Assembly (NCBI RefSeq): GCF_006345805.1 | Contig: NW_021823680.1 | Coordinates: 1-21,673 of the forward strand | Length of the DNA: 21,673 nucleotides | DNA from: Octopus sinensis | Taxonomy: Eukaryota | Direction: 5' to 3' | Part shown: piece after piece, positions 20,708-21,673 of the stretch | How positions within the stretch are numbered: the stretch's first letter is position 1 | Layout of the letters: every line of letters starts with the position of its first letter | Notes under the pieces: model-generated | Told to the model about the DNA's origin: nothing | The model's database searches: none | Seen by the model: the letters and a program-made list of their open reading frames with translations, nothing else | Position numbers and translations under genes: made by a program

Positions 20708-21440
20708 TGTCATTACCCAGCTCAACTCATAGAGGATGGGATCAGACGTGCAACAGAAATCAACATAGAAACTTTAAGAAAAGTTCAACACAACAACACA
20801 CCTTCCCCGAAAATACTACCTTACATATCTACATACAACCCCAGAAACAAAGAAGCCTTCACCATCATCACCCAGAATTTACCAATACTTCATAAAAACC
20901 CAAAATTAAAGGAAATTCTAAACATACACCAAATCATTAAAAGCTACAAACAGCCTAAATCACTTAAAAAGATTCTCACAAGGCAAAATTGTCTTCTAAA
21001 ATTACGGATGCAAAAGTTAAAAAATGTGGTAGATCGAACTGTGCAACATGTCCTAACCTATTGGAAGGATCAGAATTCTTCTTTAAAGAGGGACAGAAAT
21101 TTAAGATCAAATCTAACTTTACTTGTGCCTCTGAAAACATAATTATGTTATTAAATGCTCGGGCTGCCACCAAGACTACGTGGGTTCCACGGGACTATCA
21201 CTCAGGCGCAGATGCACACTGCATCGACAACAGATTGCATTCCCAGAATATAGAATGATACCTTTTAGTGAGCACATCGAGAAATGCGCAAAGCAACTAC
21301 TGCCACAATTTTTAATCTTCCCATTTTACCAATGTGCTTTCGGATCATCAACACAAATGAGACTGAACAAGGAAACATTCTTCATTGAAAAGTACAAACC
21401 CAGACTCAACCATCCGAACATACTGACACAGAGATATTAA
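20708..21440 (+). pseudogene. C-terminal part of a PLE ORF (linker Cys motif plus GIY-YIG nuclease); 244 aa after restoring two missing bases
   Basis: Single-base deletions at ~20980 and ~21143 relative to the left arm. The restored motif is NIIYVIKCSGCHQDYVGST. Confidence 0.88.
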
Positions 21441-21577
21441 CAAGGAAATGGGAAAAAAAATTTTTTAAGCGATTATCTCCCCTACACCGGAAAAAATCAC
21501 TCACTACCTCCCCTTATTTAGAAATCGCCTGGAAATAAAAACAACGATAATTCCATACAATATAAACATAACGTCAC

Positions 21578-21617
21578 AAGAAATTTGAAAAGCTACACGC
21601 GAAACCGGTAATTTCTT
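21578..21617 (+). ncRNA. Minimal type-I hammerhead ribozyme motif (U3:A8 core), HHR-A, in the PLE 3' region
   Basis: Helix I AAGAAAT/ATTTCTT (7 of 7); core TTGAAAA; helix II GC-TACAC-GC; GAAAC-CG-GT; triplet GTA with predicted cut after 21610. Confidence 0.82.
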
Positions 21618-21673
21618 TAAAAATTTTAAAATTATGTCATTTTAAGGAAAGGAAAAAAATTTTTCCAATATTC

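Larger units (their letters stand above)
19749..21673. repeat. Near-perfect inverted repeat (arms at least 957 and 963 bp, 5-nt spacer TCTGT at 20706-20710)
   Basis: ...GAGCTGGGTAATG-TCTGT-CATTACCCAGCTC...; the arms align to the window end with a few substitutions and small indels. Confidence 0.97.
20708..21673 (+). mobile_element. PLE 3' part, right arm of the palindrome; continues beyond the window
   Basis: Reads HYPAQLIEDGIRRA, LPYISTYNP, KQPKSLKKILT, CGRSNCATC and DYVGSTG...LHRQQI...SEHI...ETFFIEKYKPRLN. Confidence 0.9.

Overview
AT-rich metazoan genomic DNA, most likely from a coleoid cephalopod (Octopus-like). That assignment is inferred only from the repeat landscape: very long (TA)n/(TATG)n tracts and RTE tails ending CCATGCTAGCATGG...(GAT)n. 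Most of the window is transposon-derived. It holds several RTE-clade LINE copies, one of which shows a PHD-type zinc finger inside the reverse transcriptase, and two divergent Tc1 (DD34E) relics. It also holds a TTAA-flanked piggyBac-type MITE, a mariner 5' fragment, and a head-to-head ~1 kb palindrome of a Penelope-like (GIY-YIG) element. One probable host gene lies at 10844-12184 (+, 446 aa, uncharacterised, with a PxxP motif and a YEEI motif). The strongest leads are three minimal type-I hammerhead ribozyme motifs with a covaried U3:A8 core in and next to the Penelope palindrome, and the PHD finger inserted in the RTE polymerase. The palindrome could be an assembly fold-back artefact and needs read-level confirmation.
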